58,111 nucleotides of DNA from a virus (taxonomy: Duplodnaviria; Caudoviricetes): positions 1-58,111 of the IMG/VR virus record IMGVR_UViG_3300025141_000107; one strand, 5' to 3'. How positions within the stretch are numbered: the stretch's first letter is position 1; every line of letters begins with the position of its first letter. Positions 54,028-58,111 of the stretch are shown here, one piece after another. The position numbers were made by a program, and so were the translations under genes. A model generated the notes under the pieces. That model saw nothing but the letters and a program-made list of their open reading frames with translations, was not told where the DNA came from and made no database searches.

Positions 54028-55339
54028 AGATTTGCAGGAATGGGATGATAATATTTGCAAGCTTGCAAAAGAGTTATCTCTCGACTGGTATCCTATAAAC
54101 TACGAGATATGTGATTATTATGAGATGATAGGTCACATGTCATATCATGGAATGCCCAGCCACTATCAGCACTGGTCATATGGAAAGTCATTTGAGAGAA
54201 CACACCAAATGTATAATCTAGGTGCAGAGGGGCTACCGTACGAGCTGATAATAAATTCTAATCCATCAATAGCATACCTTATGAGACAAAATCCTCTATA
54301 TTTGCAGATATTGATCATGGCACACTGCGTTGGCCATTCTGATTTTTTTAAAAATAACAGGATGTTTTCGGACACCAGACCGGAATCTGTTACATCTAGA
54401 TTTAGAAATGCTAGAAAGAGAATACAAAAATATAGCGAAGACCCTAGCATTGGATTAAAAAAAGTTGAAAGATTTCTTGATGCAATTCACGCAATTAAAT
54501 TTCAAATAAATAGAAACAATAGAAAAAGATTGACACGAGATGAGGTAAAGAGCAGAGTTATTTCAAAATACAATCAAAATAAGAAAAATAAGAAAAATAA
54601 TAAAAATAATAAAAATATTTTAAAACCAGACTTAAAGAGAAGGCTTCTGCAGCCAGATGATGATTTTTTATCATTTTTGATAGAGTACGGAAATCACTTT
54701 GAAGATTGGGAAATTGATATACTAAGCATTATTAGAGATGAATCTGAGTATTTTATACCTCAAATTAAAACAAAAATTTTAAATGAAGGGTGGGCATCTT
54801 TTTGGCATTATAAGCTTTTGCATAATCTAGATTTGCCACAAAAATTTCATCTTCCATTTCTAAAATCACACAATCAGGTAATTAGACCACACATAGGGTC
54901 AGTTAATCCGTATCACCTTGGCTTTCATATTTTTAATAAAATTGAAAAAGAGAGAGGGATAGAGGAGTGTTTCTTTATCAGAGAAGTCCACGAGGATGTC
55001 TCGGCAGTTAGAATGTACCTTGAGTATGAAGATTTTAAAAATTTAAACTTATTTTCATACTCAAGAAAGAAGGATGGAAGAACAATTGATGAAATATCTG
55101 ACGGAATTGGTTGGGAAAAAGTTAGAGATGATTTAATTAAAAATATAGGTGACAATTCGATCCCAAGGGTTATAGTATCCAATATATCAACTAATGGTGA
55201 TCTAATACTAGAGCATATACACGATGGTAGAGATCTAGATCTAGACTATGCAGATAATGTTGTAAACTCTATTAGAGTATTGTGGAATAAAGATGTAAAA
55301 TTTTTCACAATTATTGAAGATGAACCCTGGGAAATTTGA
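54011..55339 (+). CDS. spoVR: SpoVR/YcgB-family protein
   Basis: GMP..HWSYGK, YELIINSNP, AHxxGHSDFFKNN, TKILNEGWASFWH, NPY. Confidence 0.92.
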   Translation: MDWKIKDLQEWDDNICKLAKELSLDWYPINYEICDYYEMIGHMSYHGMPSHYQHWSYGKSFERTHQMYNLGAEGLPYELIINSNPSIAYLMRQNPLYLQILIMAHCVGHSDFFKNNRMFSDTRPESVTSRFRNARKRIQKYSEDPSIGLKKVERFLDAIHAIKFQINRNNRKRLTRDEVKSRVISKYNQNKKNKKNNKNNKNILKPDLKRRLLQPDDDFLSFLIEYGNHFEDWEIDILSIIRDESEYFIPQIKTKILNEGWASFWHYKLLHNLDLPQKFHLPFLKSHNQVIRPHIGSVNPYHLGFHIFNKIEKERGIEECFFIREVHEDVSAVRMYLEYEDFKNLNLFSYSRKKDGRTIDEISDGIGWEKVRDDLIKNIGDNSIPRVIVSNISTNGDLILEHIHDGRDLDLDYADNVVNSIRVLWNKDVKFFTIIEDEPWEI

Positions 55340-55360
55340 TATAATTAACATGGAGATACA

Positions 55361-57289
55361 ATGTCTAAATCTGATTTTTTAAAAATAATTCGAGATCAAA
55401 GATCTAAAAAGAAAGAAGTTCGCTTTAGTGGGACATTTATTGAATATTTGGACCATATTAGAGAAAATCCAGAAATTATAAAAACTTCTCACAAAAGATT
55501 GTATGGCTGCATAATAGAACAGGGTATGGAAGTTATGCCTGATAGTGATCCAAGAAAATCAAATATATTTGGCGGAGACAACGTAAGGGTATACAATTAT
55601 TTTAAAGATCAGTTTTTCGGAATGGAAAATGTAATATCAAAACTAATGAGATTTCTTGCTTCTGCATCTAAGCGAGGTGAGGAATCTAGGCAGGTATTGC
55701 TCCTAATGGGACCGGTAGGTGCAGGAAAATCAGATCTGACAGAGCATATTAAGAGTTCTCTTGAGGGTTCAACATTTTTTCACCTTGTTGGAGATCCCCA
55801 GAGGGGCGAACCTTTACAGCTTATACCTAGAAATCTTAGGGAAAAATTTGAAGAGGCACTTTGCGTAAAAATTGAAGGTGACATCAGCCCAGTAGCTCGC
55901 TATATTTTAATGGAAGAGCTAGAGGGGAAATATGAAAATTTTAATGTCAAAGAGACTAGTTTTTCCCAAAGAGCACGACGCGGCATAGCTTCAGTCCCAC
56001 CGATGGATGCAAATTCACAGGATGTAGGTGTTCTTATAGGGACCGAGGATATTTCAAAACTAGATAAATATCCCGAAGATGACCCGCGTGTTTTGTCTCT
56101 AAATGGTGCATTCAATGTTGGCAACAGAGGTATAGTTGAACTTATAGAGATTTTTAAGAATGAAATAGAGTTTCTTCATACAGTCATAACTGCTACACAG
56201 GAAAAGAGAATTCCGTCACCTGGAAAAAATGATATGATTTATTTCGATGGCGTAATTCTTGCTCACTGTAATGAGTCTGAATGGAATAGATTCCAGAGTG
56301 AACATACGAATGAAGCAATTCTTGATAGAATTGTCAAGATAGATGTTCCATATGTTCTCGAACTAGATCAGGAAATAAGGATATATGAAAAAATCATTGG
56401 TAAGTCTGATTTTGATGCCCATATAGCACCCCATACTTTAAAAGTTGCATCAATGTTCTCAGTAATGTCAAGACTCCAGCAATCTCAAAAATGTGATCTT
56501 TTGACAAAAATGAAAATCTACAACGGCGAAGATGTCATTGAAAAAGGCAGGGTTAAGAATGTAGATATAAAAGATCTGAGAGATGAGTCAAATAGAGAAG
56601 GAATGAAAGGAATTTCTACAAGATTTATCATGAAATCAATAGATGCAGCCCTTTCAGATTCAGAAAAAAATATGATAACACCGATATCGATTATGGATTC
56701 ACTTATAAAGCAGGTAAAAGACCAGGTTATAAATGAAGATGACAAAGAGAGATATCTTGAAATAATTCAAAAAATAATTAGAGAAGAGTATCTCAAAATA
56801 CTAGAAAATGAAATTGCTAAAGCATTCATCTCTGCATACGAAGAACAAGCCCAGTCTCTTTTTGATTCATACCTTGATAATGCAGAATCTTACACAAATA
56901 GAACAATAATGAAAGATAGAATAACAAAAGAAGAGAGAGAGCCAGATGAAAAATTTATGGGTGCTATTGAAGAACAGATAGGAATAGTTGGTAGCGCATG
57001 TGAAGGATTTAGAGGCGATGTTACTGCTTACATGTTTGCCAAAATGAGAAGAGGGGAGAAAATAGACTACAGATCATACGGACCGCTAAAGGAAGCAATT
57101 GAGTCATATCTCATAACATCTGTCAAAGATATCGCTAGAATTGTCACTAGAAGCAAATCTAGAGATGAAGACCAGAAAAAGAAATACAGCGAAATGATGA
57201 AAACACTAATGGATGAATATGAATATAGTGAGGAAAGTGCAGAGGAGATTCTAGTATTTGCAGCAAATAATCTCTGGCGGGATTCGTAG
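55361..57289 (+). CDS. prkA: PrkA/YeaG-family AAA+ serine kinase/ATPase
   Basis: FFGME, LLMGPVGAGKS Walker A, GNRGIVELIE, NEAILDR. Confidence 0.92.
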   Translation: MSKSDFLKIIRDQRSKKKEVRFSGTFIEYLDHIRENPEIIKTSHKRLYGCIIEQGMEVMPDSDPRKSNIFGGDNVRVYNYFKDQFFGMENVISKLMRFLASASKRGEESRQVLLLMGPVGAGKSDLTEHIKSSLEGSTFFHLVGDPQRGEPLQLIPRNLREKFEEALCVKIEGDISPVARYILMEELEGKYENFNVKETSFSQRARRGIASVPPMDANSQDVGVLIGTEDISKLDKYPEDDPRVLSLNGAFNVGNRGIVELIEIFKNEIEFLHTVITATQEKRIPSPGKNDMIYFDGVILAHCNESEWNRFQSEHTNEAILDRIVKIDVPYVLELDQEIRIYEKIIGKSDFDAHIAPHTLKVASMFSVMSRLQQSQKCDLLTKMKIYNGEDVIEKGRVKNVDIKDLRDESNREGMKGISTRFIMKSIDAALSDSEKNMITPISIMDSLIKQVKDQVINEDDKERYLEIIQKIIREEYLKILENEIAKAFISAYEEQAQSLFDSYLDNAESYTNRTIMKDRITKEEREPDEKFMGAIEEQIGIVGSACEGFRGDVTAYMFAKMRRGEKIDYRSYGPLKEAIESYLITSVKDIARIVTRSKSRDEDQKKKYSEMMKTLMDEYEYSEESAEEILVFAANNLWRDS

Positions 57290-57292
57290 TAT

Positions 57293-58111
57293 ATGGCTTA
57301 TAACATACATGATAGGTCTAAAATAGCAAGTTCAGTAGGAAAAATTAAAAATAAAATAGATGATCTAACATATCAGAATTGCATAAACAATCTAACTAAT
57401 TCAATATCTGAAGACCTTGTTCAAAATCTAGTATACATGACAAAAATAAGAGGTGGAAACTTAGATAATCTTATTCTAAAACTTATTGTAAATGAAACAA
57501 TAATATCAGAATCAACAGTTGCTGGAACAGGAAATCTTTCACTTAGATTTTTATCTCACTATCTAGATACTTTTAAAGGTCTAAAGACTAAAAAAGATAG
57601 ACTGGAGAGTATAGAGTGTGTCAGAAGTGATATAGTGAAAACTGCAATATTTTTGAATGAATTTCTTAGAAAGATGAACATAAATGATTTAAAAAAAATG
57701 ATCGATAGCGCAGGATTTAGTAAAGATATTTCAAAAATAATAAAAGAAATAATCACTACGATGGAAATTGGGGAATCAATTAATATTGAAAAATCCAACA
57801 CTTCAGAAACATATTTCGAAAAAGCAAGCGGGAATTCAATAAAGATAGAAGTTCCACAACTATTATTAACTAAAAATAACTCGTGGAATAGACAGGCAGT
57901 TAATGTTATTTTGATAGACGGAACAATAGAGTCTGTATCACAGATACATCATCTCCTGGAAAGAGTATCATCTTCAAAAGAACCCTTTTTAATAATTTGT
58001 AGAAAAGCACTTGAAGAAGTCAGAAAAACTATTGACACTAATTTCATAAGAGGAACATTAGATTTATTTTTAGTTGAAACAGGCTTTGATATCTGCCACC
58101 ACCATATCTTT
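57293..58111 (+). CDS. Divergent GroEL/Cpn60-like protein, 3' end outside the window
   Basis: Open to window end (273 codons); VILIDGTIESVSQIHHLLE..KEPFLIIC..NFIRG resembles the GroEL apical domain. Confidence 0.65.
   Translation, partial: MAYNIHDRSKIASSVGKIKNKIDDLTYQNCINNLTNSISEDLVQNLVYMTKIRGGNLDNLILKLIVNETIISESTVAGTGNLSLRFLSHYLDTFKGLKTKKDRLESIECVRSDIVKTAIFLNEFLRKMNINDLKKMIDSAGFSKDISKIIKEIITTMEIGESINIEKSNTSETYFEKASGNSIKIEVPQLLLTKNNSWNRQAVNVILIDGTIESVSQIHHLLERVSSSKEPFLIICRKALEEVRKTIDTNFIRGTLDLFLVETGFDICHHHIF

Noticed and set aside
54578-54616. 9-bp tandem repeat (NKKNKKNNKNNKN) in spoVR
   Set aside because: In-frame slippage repeat in a variable loop, with no sign of phase variation
1-58111. 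Genome-wide TGA reassignment (code 4 or 25) as the explanation for readthrough at 6630
   Set aside because: TGA clearly terminates many genes (ATGA overlaps, ESR* junctions, spoVR), and long genes are intact in code 11

Overview
This 58 kb window looks like part of a large (jumbo-type) tailed-phage genome. It has dense, mostly + strand small ORFs, three tRNAs, and no integrase, CRISPR array or recognisable core structural gene. There are five blocks. (A) 1-5.2 kb is a tandem array of about 24 short genes, mostly MKVGDLV-starting KOW/SH3-like proteins, joined by a conserved junction (GAGGTGATCRRTGAAAGTYGGTGA) with a fixed 14-nt overlap. (B) 5.9-16.1 kb holds genes sharing an N-terminal MKITRRQLRxIIxEE leader fused to unrelated cargo (M23 peptidase, DEDDh exonuclease, HExxH protein, LysM), six of them preceded by a 41-bp repeat. 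One gene has an in-frame TGA (6630-6632) followed by a bacterial SECIS-like hairpin and 64 more sense codons, making it a candidate phage selenoprotein. (C) 16.5-30.8 kb is a more GC-rich early/host-takeover-like module with 24 copies of a CGTGYAn-N17-TATAAT promoter, tRNA-Thr/Lys/Arg and a promoter-driven ~300-nt structured non-coding RNA candidate. It is bounded by a palindrome array and a GC-palindrome/A-tract segment. (D) 31-52.7 kb contains more leader-bearing proteins, proteases, a NUDIX hydrolase and a PAS protein. (E) 52.8-58.1 kb carries YeaH-SpoVR-PrkA/YeaG and a divergent GroEL-like gene. All calls come from reading motifs by eye; no database search was run.
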